DNA of 64,000 nt from Tubulanus polymorphus (lineage: Eukaryota; Animalia; Nemertea). The stretch lies in NCBI RefSeq assembly GCF_964204645.1, contig NC_134035.1:7224451-7288450 (forward strand). Direction: 5' to 3'. Positions 15,301 through 28,216 of this stretch are shown here, in pieces. The notes under the pieces are model-generated. The model was not told where the DNA came from, did no database searches, and worked only from the letters and a program-made list of their open reading frames with translations. Within the stretch, counting starts at the first letter, position 1. Each line of letters starts with the position of its first letter. Both the position numbers and the translations under genes were made by a program.

Positions 15301-18300
15301 AGCGACGCGTGTGTGAATACTGACGGGGGATACGAATGCGTCTGCCCGAACGGTTACAAAGTCGGAGCCGATGGAAAAACGTGTCAAGGTGAATATTTAT
15401 CGTTGTGACAATTGATACAATTCGTTTTCGAATTCCCGAGTCGATGATTGACGAGCCGAAGTCAAAACATGTCTAAACGGCAGTCTATTAGTGCGTCTGC
15501 GTTAATGTCTGCGGTTTTATTTTGTTCAGGGGTTGATTGATTTTCATCACGCGCCAGTCGAACCGGTGACATTTTCACTCGACCCGAGTCTCGCCGGGTA
15601 CCGAAAAGTCATTAGCTTCAGTCGTTTAGTTTTACCGCGTCTCGATGCCGTCGATCGGAAACTTCTATTTCCAGCCATTGATCTATATCATCGGTTCGTT
15701 ATTCGTCGATTCCGTGTTTTACTGTCGCTGCCGTTGCGCAGACTTGGCAATAAATCGCGGATTTAAGTGATTGCGGGGGCGACGTAATTAGTCTCTATTC
15801 GTGTTTCTGTCTAATGTCACCGGTTCAATTTTTCTTCGCTTCAGAACAAGGCGTGCACTCAGTGTCACGACATTTCATTTTAAACTTAAATCAATCATAA
15901 AGCTTTTGAATCAAATGACCTTTTCACAGTCTGAGTCGATTTTAACACTTTTGACCATTCTATGACAAGTTCTTCACGGATTAGTATCGTCTATTCCATT
16001 TTGCCATTTAAACCATGAAATATCCACTATAATATATATTTTGATATGAATACTGAGTTGTTTCTGAGTCAAGTAAAACTGGATTCAGTTTTGACTTAAA
16101 TTGCAATTGCACTAAAACACTTTTTTGAGTTGTCAACTCTCGTGCGAAAGTTGGGTAAATTTGGCAGAAACGCGATTTTTGTTCTGATTCGTTACAATGT
16201 GTCGGGTATATTTTACAGATATTGATGAGTGTTCGAAGACGTCTGCTTGTGATCATGTTTGTAATAATACAGCTGGAGGTTTTGTATGTACGTGCAACAT
16301 CGGGTTCGCACTCTATGGTAAAATCCATTGTGGAGGTACGTGTAACAAATGTCGATTTGATTTCCCTCAAGGGTGGAAGTTTTTTGGTAATGTACGTCCT
16401 TCAGACACCTGGATATCGGGAGTGAAATTTTACAGCACAATTAAGTACACGAGGAAGTATCAATCTAACAACCCAATGTGGCAAGCAAGTAATCGCGCCG
16501 AGCATTCTGCGTGGTTTGCTAATGGTTACTTCGCTACCACGCTTCAATTTCTTCTACATTTCAATTAGATTATAGTCAATTTTTCTTGTTAGTTGATTCA
16601 TTTCCAGTAAGATCTCTACCTAACACTGACTGTTATAGTTGATGTTTTATCGTTTCAAAGCCTTGTTTTGTAAAAGAATGAACAATATAAATAGGTTTGG
16701 GAGCCGAAAAATCCAGTTAAAATTTCATTGAAAATGAATTAACGTTCCCTATACGAATAAAATGAGTTATTATTGCGCTAGTTGATATGTGCCGAGACCT
16801 CATCACGCCGGATGTCGGTCCGCCTTGTAACCCACCGCGACGTCATTCACTGCGACAGCAGCCACGATTGCATCGCAACCAACATGTCCTTGACTTGCGA
16901 CGCGATGCGACAGGGTCGGGGTGGAGGATAATAAGTATTTTCACTGAAATCGATTCCTGAGTCAACTTCGTAAAATGCATATGATCCCAGCTCTGCTGAG
17001 TACGTTTGTTTATTTCAATGACGGTTTGCTTTTTTATTTAGACATCAACGAATGTACCGTAAACAACGGTCGATGTGAGCACGATTGCTTGAATACAGTT
17101 GCCAGTTATAAATGCTCGTGTAAATCCGGATTTCGTCTACATCCGAACGGCAAAGACTGTGTAGGTACGATTGCGCTTAGGAAATATCTATAAGATTAAA
17201 ATTCGTGACAAATTCATATGATGTTTCTAAATATTGACGAAACACGTAAAGTAGATAGAAATGATTCGATAACTTCAAAAAACATTTAAACGTTAAGTTT
17301 TTGTATTCTGGAGATGTGCATACATTCACAATATTATAGACACACTGATTATACTACTCTACATATAAGTCTCTTAAGATATATAAAAAGGCTTTAAGAA
17401 TAGATAGGAATCTTAATATGAATTGATTCACGCAGAGTAAGGAAGGATTCAGCCTCTGAAATATGCGACTACAAGGCGCATAATTGACATGTCAAATCGC
17501 TAGGATATTTTACGAATTACCGCATAATGAATCACCGTTTTCTATAACAGCGATGGAAAAATGTTTGCCGCTGAAAGCCCCGCCGAAAGCCAAAATCAAG
17601 TGCAATAAGGGTCAAGGTCAGAGCCAGCATTGTAAACTTACCTGCCACAGTAACGCGCATTTTACGTCGGTATCGCGAGACGGGTATGAATACACGTGCG
17701 GCAAAGCGACGAATTACGAGTGGAAAAATAACGAGAACGTCACGACGCTTCCTTCCTGTTCGGGTAAAAGCATTGCTCGAAATTAACTAAATAGAGCCCC
17801 AAAATTGAGAGTATTTAGAAGAACACAATGTTTCGATTCATTTTCTATATTCATCCAGGAGAGTCGTAATGCGAAATCAGGCATTAAAAGGAAAATTAAC
17901 TCTAAACTAAATAAAACCTAAAAGCGACTGAAAACTCAACAAATAATATAAAGCACTTTTCAATGTGGGTATTGCAAAGACTAAACGGCCGCTAACGCAC
18001 GCACCAGATATAAGGAATATAAGATAATAAGGAAAGGAAACGGAGAATTTTGGGAGAATTAGTAAAAGAAATAGACTGTGGTGTAAGATATATTTGATTG
18101 ATAGAATACATTATGATAGAAATATCAGGTTTGGTTGTTTATGCATTGCGGTCTTAAAATGATGAGGCCTATAAAATGTAGTTGAGGAACTTCTTCTGAC
18201 AATCTGACCATCAATTGATTTGTAACCGAAACGTATCAATTTGTAGATATATCGTCATTTCTTGCTTTCTAATGATCTATGAATTCGTTCGATGCGAATG

Positions 18301-21300
18301 TCATCATCAACTAACATTTCTACAACATCTCCTTGTTAATCTATTTCAGAGAATGTAAATGCGCCTAGTATAACACGTCGTGCAAAGTTTCTCTTCCTGG
18401 CCGACAAGTGTCGACTGCGGCAGCGTAGCAAAGATAAATTTATCAAAAATCTCTCGCAGAAGATCAAAAGTAAGTTTTTTAACAGCAAACTGCCAATCTT
18501 TTATTGCTACTACTGTTTCCTACTTGGTAACTTTGTCCTTTATTCAAAAAAGTTAGATAGTCCAGTCTTAACGATTAAGAAGTGACGCGCACTCACCGTG
18601 ATCGAACCCGGGTATCGTACGTAGAAGGCAAGCGTGCTAACCAATAGACAAACAGAATTAGTTATACTGAGCATTTATTAATCGTTAGAAATATTTGTGG
18701 TTCTTTTTATCGAACGCACGTGAACTCAATTTGTCAGTTCCGGTTGGGTATTCAAATTTCCCTCTTTCGAAAACTTTGCGGACGTTGGTAAAAGCCGTTA
18801 TCCCTACAAAAAGCTCCTAACTTCCCTTGACAGTCCAATGTAATTTGGCTCCATCATTTTGTTTCACAGAGCTGCCGCTGTGGGCCGAGTGTTGTCCCTC
18901 TGCGATTGGTAAGAAGAGACAAACACGATGCAGCCACGATTTGTGTCGCGTGAACTATGTCAATTTGCAATGCGGTACGAAACGGCGGCGATTCCGACAG
19001 GTTTATGCAGGGAAGAAATCTAAACGGGCCGTCGTCACTGCCGAGTTTGAGTTACAAGTAAAACCACCACTTACTACGGGTACATTGTCAGACAATAATT
19101 GAAACGAAATTTCTAAGATCGTTATGAAAATAATGAGTACATGTTCACCTCGACAAAAAAACACGCATTTATCAGCATAGATATGAACTTCGTCAATGAT
19201 ATGATACAAAATCTCTTATAGGTGATTGCGATGTTGATTGTGTTGCCAAACAAACAAAAAGACGCATAAAGAAAATAATCAAACGTCTGCGAAGAATCAT
19301 GGACAGGGAACAATTTTATATAAAGTTAGTATGTCACGAATAAGTCTTGCATTTCGATGGCTAATGTGAATCTTATGGTGGCCGATTCTGGCCACACCAA
19401 AATATTTCTAAAGAGCTGTTTACGTGGGGTCTACTTCTGTTTTCTCGCGCGACAAAGCTTAAAGGAAGAGACAGGAGAGAGTGGTTTAAGCTGCCCATCA
19501 CTTGTCTTGTCGACCCATCGTTCATGGTTTCGAATCTTTATAATTCATGCGCGGAAAACGAAGAAACCATGTGAGAATTTTCTAATCGCGCTTCTAGTCG
19601 TACAGAAAATCTTGGCCCGGGTTAGAATTAAATGCAATGTAAATAGAAAATTGATTCGCTTGTATCAACGCCTTTCTTACTGTCGCATAATATTATTGTT
19701 GTGTATCACGGAAATTGTTGATCCTACAGATTCGGTGGAAGTGAATACAGGGTGTCGCGAAAATCGTTCAAAGCTGACAGAATGACGGCCATATGTAAAC
19801 ACGGATTTGTCCTGGTCGCTGGAAAATGTGGTAATTATTTTTTCACTTATATCATGACATATTTATCTGGAACGTAGGTAGGCTTGCATCTCCAAGGGTT
19901 CGTAAATAGCTGATATTTCTCCTCAAGTCATTTAATTTTTTCCTTCAGTCGCTTGCAGTGTCAGTTATTACTACGACATGCAAACTAAAAGATGTCTGCC
20001 ATGTGAAAGACAAACTTACCAAGACCGAGAAGGCCGGCTGGAGTGCATCGCGTGTCCTCAAGTGGGCTTAAAACGAAATGATACATCAGGGCTGTCGACC
20101 CAAGTCGCCGACTGTGGTGGTATGTATTTATTAACAATCCATACTATCAACCGACTACATCGTTACCGTTGAATGGATTGCATTATTTCACAGGTCAATG
20201 CGGCCCTGGTTACTATTCCGTCAATGGATTCACGCCTTGTACGCCTTGCCCGATCGGATACTACCAGTCGGAATACAGTCGCACCACGTGTACTCCTTGC
20301 AGTAATGGATTTCTTACGGCGTCTGTTGCTTCAACTGGGTTTCACGACTGTAAAGCAAATGGTATTCAATTTCCTGTGCGCTAATGTTACGAACGTTTGT
20401 GTTTAATTTATCAAATATAGCTTAGGTATATGCTTTCTATGTTCTAGCGAATTGAATATTGATTTTGATTTTCAGAAATATGCCTACCTGGTAACTTCTA
20501 CGATAGATTTACAGAAAAATGTCGAAAGTGCCCACGTGATCGGTTTCAGCCAAACAGCGGACAGGACTACTGCGAAGCTTGTCCCGCAAAAACAATGGCA
20601 GATTTCGAAGGCTCAACAAGCAGTTCTCAATGCAAAGGTAAGGTTTCGAATAGGGAGAAACACAGTAGATAATTGAAAGTATGTAAAAAAGCAGTTGGCA
20701 GCTATAGGGGTCAGCAGCCATATTCAAGAAAGTTGTCTAACTTAGTTGGATACTGTATAAGATCATGAGATTATCAAATAGTATCCCAGATAATTTCATC
20801 GTAAATTATTTCATCAAGCCAAAATACAAAATAGGTCGCAAAATTGGTTGATTTTGATTTGGTTAACTCGATCTTTGTGTAACTGTATCCTTGATTCTGC
20901 ATACATATTAACTATATCAGCGTGAAATCTTGTGTCCTACGTATACAGACAGACGTTGCGGTGGTAAACAAGGGAAATATCAGGGATACATACAGAGTCC
21001 GAACTATCCCGGTGATTACCCGATAGATGTGACGTGTAAGTGGAACATTGTGCCGGAGAAAGGGCGCCGTATACTGGTGATTATACCCGAGATATATCTA
21101 GCTAAAGAAAACTGTGAGGATTCCTTAGTGATGAGAAAATCAGGTAACCATAGAATATAATTGTCGATTTAGGCTATTTTAAAAGCATCAACTTCAGACT
21201 TAATAAAGCTTGTGGATTGAGGTTAACAACCTATAAGTTCAGTACTAATCTATAACTTATCGATTAGTACTGAATTTTTCTCATAAATTACTTTGACGAT

Positions 21301-22270
21301 TTTATCGCTACGTGCATTGATTTTCTTACTCAGTTTCGCCATATTCGGTGTCGTCGTATGAGACGTGTAAATCGGTGACAACTCCACGAGCATTTACTGC
21401 CCGATCGAAAAAATTGTGGATCCAGTTCAAATCAAATTCGAATAAGACTGCAGCAGGATTCTCTATCCCTTACGTGATGTTTAACGGTAAATATTGGCTT
21501 ATTTTTGTAAAAGCTGTTAACCAGCTGGCCCGAGTACACCCATTTGTATAATAAACCAAATAGTGCGAGATATAAAAAAATGGTCCAATGGTCGAAGTAT
21601 CTTATCTTTTTGCTCAATTGAGCCGAATCCCGACATCGATTTATTACTCTTGTTTTATTTACAGAAGACTATCTGGAACTAATCGAAGATATCGTGCGCG
21701 ACAGTCGTCTTTACAGCTACAATCACCACCAGAAAATCTTTAAGGTGCATTTTATCATTTTATCCAACCCCGATTTATTTGATTCTTCGCGTTGAATTGA
21801 GGAGTTATGAGTTCTCTGAAACTTTCTTTGATCTCACGATCGCAATCTGCATTACTACTTGTCTTGTTGCAGCTGTCGATCTGCTGTCTGTACCCTCTCC
21901 ATCAAACGATCACCTTTTGAATATCGTGGCCTGGACACATTTTTTACCAATGTTGAATGTCTGCCTGAAATTGATGGTTCAGACGCCCAAATTCATCAAC
22001 AAAGAAAAATGTCCGGAGTGCGTAAAATGGTGAATGTCCACCCAACGCCTGAGGAGTGTTCACAGACAGAAAATTGATAGCTGCATAAAAAGCGTCTTCA
22101 TATTTTTACAAACTTTTAATTTTCAGAATCGGAATCTCCTTGGTTCGTTACTAGATGTGATCGCCAAGCCGTACACCTATTTCAACTATTCGAATTCGTC
22201 GAAAAAAATGTTCCCCGAATCGTTCATCAAGCTACTTACGCCCAAGGTTCTCAGATTCTTTCAAACGTGA
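9376..22270 (+). CDS. SCUBE: Signal peptide, CUB and EGF-like domain-containing protein (SCUBE), ~990 aa, 22 coding exons
   Basis: Exons: 9376-9457 (signal peptide); EGF exons 12780-12902, 13247-13369, 13889-14011, 14140-14250, 14575-14685, 14986-15102, 15266-15388, 16219-16335, 17042-17164; spacer 17551-17763, 18350-18469, 18870-19079, 19222-19324, 19730-19830; Cys-rich repeats 19949-20119, 20194-20361, 20476-20637; CUB 20949-21143, 21334-21486 ([11 protein letters not shown]...[10 protein letters not shown]); C-terminus 21665-21744, 22127-22270 ([17 protein letters not shown]...[15 protein letters not shown] signature). All GT-AG and phase-consistent; total 2973 nt. Confidence 0.93.
11645..11790 (+). 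mobile_element. Penelope-like terminal-repeat remnant with degenerate minimal hammerhead motif
   Basis: tacacac-CTGACAA-tgatc...gatc-GAAACGTC-gtgta (11645-11690). The downstream part is similar to the inverted repeat at 36170-36350. Confidence 0.5.
18588..18655 (-). mobile_element. tRNA-derived SINE head / pseudo-tRNA
   Basis: Reverse strand reads gtctattggttagca (A-box-like) ... gggttcgatcacgg (B-box-like). A related head sits at ~37915-37962 (+). No clean cloverleaf. Confidence 0.5.
19374..19625. mobile_element. Degenerate copy of the TATGG...CCATA (IS3EU-like) non-autonomous element
   Basis: Left end tatggtggccgattctggcca, internal ttttctcgcgcg unit, and decayed right end cgtacagaaaat...ggcccg resemble the copy at 36848-37317. 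Confidence 0.5.
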
Positions 22271-23835
22271 CGTCATCACTATGAACGCTAAATATATTGG
22301 GGTCATCACGCCCGTGTGAAAAACATTATTTTGCATTTTGAGTTAGGCCGATCCTCCGAAGCCAGCAGTTAACTTATCAGTCGTGTCCTCTCTAGCGTGA
22401 CGGACAACCGATGCCGCTTGCCTAAGGGAACAAAAATAACTAGAATGGAATAAAGGACGCTTTGTTGTTTTCATTTTGCTAAATATTCGAAAGATGTTTA
22501 TTGCAATGTACGTATAGCATAGATGTGGTGGATCGACTGAGCATCGTTACGAAGATGTTTGTTCAAGATATAGTTGTTATAAATTGAATCTTAGAAAATC
22601 CCTGTGTATATAATATCAAGGAATTACAGTGTTCGTGAGATAAGATATTCTTCACTTAAAAGTGTTGTATTAATAGATTCTCGACAATGCTATAGATACA
22701 AAAGAGACGAATGAGATTACAGTGAAAGCATTCACAAGTACATATTAAACTCTAACTGATTACTTTTTTCACTTTTTCATCGGGGACAGTTTTTAATTTA
22801 TGTATAAGGCGATGACATCCATTTTATCAGAGTAAAGATAGTAGATTCCTGCTTGTCTAAATTATGTATGCAAATATTTGTAAATTTATGCTTGTATCGA
22901 TTTGAATTTCAATGAATTCATGTGACCAGCTAAATTGATCTCCCTTTTCTGTTTTTCCATAGTCTTATTTTTAAGGGCACGCTTTTCAAGTTATTATTAT
23001 TTTTACATTCATTGAATACATTTTAACTATATTGAAGATATTATTCAAATACTTAGTGCAAGTTACGAGCAAATAAATAGAATGAATACAAGTATTTCCT
23101 AAAATTCCTAGACCTATTTCCAACTGATGGAATCTATAGATTTTGATCGATAATATCAAATTGACCAAAAGACTAGAAAAGATTGAATCGATATCCAATT
23201 TACCCTTCATCATGGAATCCTCAAGGCATAGGCGCTATTGTTTATAGAATGGCTGCATCCATCCAATCCCCTTATGACATCATAAACCGAATTTAATGAC
23301 GTGATTCAGTTGTAAAGTGTTGTGAACAGCTTAAACACAACTGCAGGAGGGAATGAACTATAGCTGTAACGCCAAAACCTGCGGTGTCCATAACCCACTT
23401 ACACAAATCCATGGGAACGGAATTTTTCCAAGATTTCTAGCCATCAATTTGTTTGTAATTCGAATCTTCGTAAGGTGGCATCATCTGCTTTTTGATTGCA
23501 ACAGCTAAGGTGAATACTGTGAAACTAATATGCAACCTGCCTAAAATCTAACGTTTGATAGGCCAAGCCAAATCATGCGTATGATAAGCCTCACTCATAA
23601 GGCGCCTGTTTTGGGTCAAGAATTTGATGCTATTGCCACTATAGCTTAAGTGGGATGTATTGACAGTCACGGCAGGATTCCATGACGACGGATTTCATTT
23701 CTTGAAGTGTCTATATAAAACTATTTAGTTTTAATCTTCAATTGATGTTTCTGGACATAACACGAATCAATTATTTAAGCCATAGATAGTAACGGAATGT
23801 CGTAGACGTCGATGTCGTTGTAGGTTAAGTAGAGG

Positions 23836-26800
23836 TTAACTGGGAATCAGGTTACTGGTTAAAGTATCCACGTCACCGCGGCGTCTGCCGTTAGTATTCC
23901 TTTTGTCCGGTTTACCGTCCAAATAATCATCGACGACAGATAGTGGAATGATCGAGCCGCCACAGCAATTATGAGTTAACGGATTATAGGTGTCGCTGCC
24001 ACAGCATCTTGCGTTTGCTAACTGTAATAATTAAGCATAAGAAAACGTTATCTTTGACTCAGTAGTTTTACACTAGTGAACCGCAACACACGTCCTGGCC
24101 CCAGGTCTTCCGTTATTGAAATACAATCAATATCCGTAATTATGCAATTGCTCTCTTTACTTGAACATTTTTTCAGAGAACAAATTTGCCCGATCCAACT
24201 CAAATTCAATGCAAAAAATACCATTCTTTATAACGCCAATTACGTTATAACGCTATGTTTTCCAATGGTCCCAACAGTGGCATTCTAAAGAACTTTTACT
24301 GTGCCTCATTTTCAATCAACAGCGGATTCTCTGACTCCTGGATCCGAACATTGAACATTGACATTTCTACTTGGTGTTTGCTACAGATTGCATTCCTGTT
24401 TCATGGAAATGCAGAGGAAACTCGGAAGAGTAGCTACTTTAGTGGACCTCATGAATCCTCGCTGGAAGTGGAATCCTCTATTGCCACGAAGGTTACCCAT
24501 TGTATATAGAGCTAATTCACGACTTAACTTGACTATAAATTTTACCGAAGATCATGAAAGTAAATTAAATCCAACAATTGAATATTGAATATTGAATATA
24601 ACAATTGAATAGGAGCTGATAGATAAAAAATTTACAAACCTTTCGATCGTGTAATTTGTAATGACAACACATTTTCTCGTCGGAGTCGTAAGCTTGCAGG
24701 CCACAACACGCATCGTTTTCTCCTATTTTCAGTACTTTGTGCCCACAACACATGTGAGTCAATCGGTTGTACGGTGTCAAATAGCAACAGCTGAAAAAAA
24801 ACATGTTCAGAAGAAATGAATGTAACGTTAAGTCTTTAACGTAAAAAGCTCCACCATGTTCAAAACAATACAACGTGTGAAATTAACAAGTTCGGTTTCA
24901 CTCAAAAATAAATCGATTTCGGTTTTTATCCTAACCTCGTTCTATCGTCTTCCGGGTTTATATCGACTATTTCACCGTGACAACAAATCGACGAAGTTGA
25001 ATTTACTTGAGATCCACCGCAGCATTCCGAGTCCTCGTCAGCCTTCTCTATCAAGTTCCCGCGGCAACACAAGTGCGTGTTATCATTGTAGGCCATGTGA
25101 CCGCAACAGTCCGTGTTTTTACCTCGCGATTGCAGGATATTTCCGCAGCAAATATATCCCGATTTGCCGGCGATTTTGCCGTTGCAGCAGACGTGAGATC
25201 TGGCATGGGAATCAGTTTTACCGCAGCACCTGGAATGGGAGCCGTAGCGTTTGCGGACGATTTTTTCGTTGCAACACAAATAACGCCGCGAGTCGAATGA
25301 AACCCGACCGCAGCATTTCATGTAACGGTGCTGTCGTTTCAACGCGTTGCCGTCGCAGCACATCGCGATTCTTGTATCGTAAACGTTGATGTCACAGCAT
25401 TTATAGAAATGCTTCATGTTAGATGGTCCTGAAAAAAATCAATATCGAACCGTGTTAATTTTAAGATCGACACAAATAGATATAGTCAACGATCCGATTG
25501 AGCAAGTCAAAAGCACTTGAGATTTTTCATGCGATAATTATGCGCTATTTCGGAGCCCTTTTCAAAGAAATTGTCAACTCTTAGAGTGTCGCATAGAATC
25601 TTACCGGGACGATGTCGCACGCGGTCTTCACAGCAAAGGTTGCCGGTTTTGTTAAACAATATACCCGCGCAACAGCCGCTGGTGGCGCTGGTATTCTGCA
25701 CAACTGTGTCATTACAACATATTTCTGTAATCGGTTCGAACGTCGTCGCTCCGCAACATTTACTCGTCGGGTCTTGTCTCGTGTGCACCTTTCCCTGACA
25801 ACAAAGCTGTCTCACCGAATCGTAAGCTTCACTTCCGCAACAAACTAGAACACGAGTTAATGCATGCATTGACAAAACTGAATTACCAAGGGTGCATCTA
25901 AAGTCCAATTCAGGGAGGGGTTTACCACCAAAATAGGGCGTATTATGTAAATGAAAGGGCACTCCGACATAAAGTTCATCGGAATATGTAAAGTCAATTT
26001 TGGAAATACGGAAAACAACAAACCTACGACTTTTAAACTCTTTTAGGTGTCAGCTAAGTATTTTTCATTTTCACGTGACATTTCAGGGCAACAAGTGACA
26101 TTTTAGGGGGATTCGCACCCCTTGCACCCTCCCATTGGATCCGCCCTGATTATTCTATCGTTAAAAACTGATTTTTAGGAGTCATCATTGTATCCTATTG
26201 ACACCGAATACAAATTTACCTGTTTCGCGGGTATCCTTGTGTTTCAGTTGGCCATTGCAACATACGTAACTACTCGGGTCGTATTGTTTCGGTCCGCAAC
26301 ATCGCGCACCCGGGATTCGATCGTGCACCTGACCGGCGCAACAACGCTGCGTGTAATAGTTGAAACTCGATCGGCCACAGCACGTGCTGTGACGGTCACC
26401 GTTCCGTGCCAATAAATTGCTACCACAACACAACGAGTCTTTACTCAGGTACTTGCTTCCAGCACAGCAACTGTCTTGTACGTTCGGGATGAGCGGTTCG
26501 ATGTTTTCATTGCAGCAGAATGAAGTGGACGGATTAACGAATCCTGCTCCACACCAGTGAAATCCTCTATACTGATACATATAATGAAGATATCCAATGT
26601 CTCCGTATTGGCTCATGGCGGCCGAGACAGAACTGGAGAATGAATAGAAAATATTAGTTAAAAATAAGACGATTTGTTTCAATACACGTTCACTTCTGCA
26701 ATGATGTACGCAACATTCATTAAATAAATTTAATAAACATCATCGGCCAACCTATAGAATAAGTTGATTTCTATGAAATATCGCTGAGCCACATAACAAC

Positions 26801-26959
26801 CAAGAACTGCAATCAGATCCACAGTTCTTGGTTAAATTTAACTCTTGAACTAAAATGAATTCATCAGAATGTTTAACTCTGAAGTCAAATCCTCACAGAG
26901 AACAAAGTACTGTCGATGAGTTAACCTTACCTCGCGATTATCAACAATAAGAACATCAT
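23836..26959 (-). CDS. Secreted galaxin/usherin-like di-cysteine repeat protein, ~503 aa, 6 exons
   Basis: Exons 26959-26931 (MMFLLLIIA), 26632-26220, 25844-25605, 25428-24936, 24790-24640, 24021-23836; GT-AG and phase-consistent, 1512 nt. Tandem CCG...Y/F-D/N...CCxG repeats typical of galaxin. Ends ...GRRRGDVDTLTSNLIPS*. Confidence 0.85.
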
Positions 26960-27706
26960 CGGGATGATTTCGTCGTGTGCCTGTGCGCGTCAAATTATGA
27001 AGTTACGGTAGAAATATCTGCCCGTTATATACGAGACCGAGACACTCGAAAAACATGTTCGACGTCAAGTTTTATTTACCGACGGCGGTTTTCCCCGCAC
27101 TTAATTTGATCAGTTAGTCAAGATCGAATTCCTTGAAGTGTAGGTCATAACTCTATATTTCGATTATCAATGATACCGGATGTGTTATGTACTAGTCTAA
27201 TCAATCAGGTTTCTTGGAGACTAAAAAGTATATCATTTAAAACAACACCGGCATTTTCCCTTGAACAGTCAACGCATGTATCACACACGTAATGTATTTC
27301 CAAGAGACTTACGGGAAATCAGAACATCTAGACTTAGGAGATAAGAACCTATCTGGAATGTTCCTACTTCCCATACAAGGTACACATGACGAAATGCAGG
27401 CTCGACGTCAGGTTTAATCTTCAGACTCAATTCGTCGGTTTACTATTGTTCTTCTACTGGCAAATCTCCAGTTTTTATTTTGTACATGTGCCAACAGGAT
27501 ATAGACAGTACTTCATCTATAATTGAAAAATGGAAATTCACGCTTTGCTGTCTATGACTCGTAAGTGTCATCGAAATAATTTGCAATCTAACTTTGAACT
27601 TTGAAGACCGTGAGAAATTATTTTGAAACTGAAAATATAGAAATACTTCAAATCTCATTGAACAAAGAGAGTAACCTACTGTTCAGCAAAAGTGACAGGT
27701 TTATTA

Positions 27707-28125
27707 AGGGGCTGTCCAAAAAAGATGTCAAAAATATGGAAAATCTGACCCCCCTTCCCCTATGTCCACATAAAATCCATATCAGCTTGAACCCCCTCCC
27801 CGCTTGTCCGACGGACAGTGCGGACAGTGGACCTAAGTTTCACACTTGATAACGATTTGATGCACCATAAAAAAACTTAACTTTTACTAACGTATTTACA
27901 TTATTCCCATAACCTGGTATTATGATTATAACTTGTAAACTGTTCTGGTAACGATTTTGTTTACTTATATTTTTTATCCACCAAAGATGTCCCTAAACTA
28001 GTGAACCCGCCCGCCCCCTTTCAAGATGGACATCCATATCATAGGAACCCCCTTGTCCACAAAAGTAAAACAAACTAAAACCCCTCTCCCCTACAGCGTG
28101 GATGTCTTTTAAGGACGATCCCTAA
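27707..28125. mobile_element. PIF/Harbinger-like MITE
   Basis: Imperfect TIRs taaggggctgtccaaaaaagatgtc / gatgtcttttaaggacgatccctaa with TAA-type flanks. A related end occurs at ~31297. Confidence 0.5.
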
Positions 28126-28216
28126 ACGGGCAAATTAATTTTCCCGGCGATAATAGTTTCCAGCGTTGCCGTTCGATGGCAGCACGATACGGTACCCATC
28201 ATATCGCACGTTCAAC

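Noticed and set aside
18588-18655. Functional tRNA gene
   Set aside because: A/B-box-like motifs are present but no convincing acceptor stem or cloverleaf; treated as SINE-derived.
21779-22077. ORFs in the last SCUBE intron
   Set aside because: No recognisable domain; flanking SCUBE exons join in frame without them. Probably a repeat fragment.
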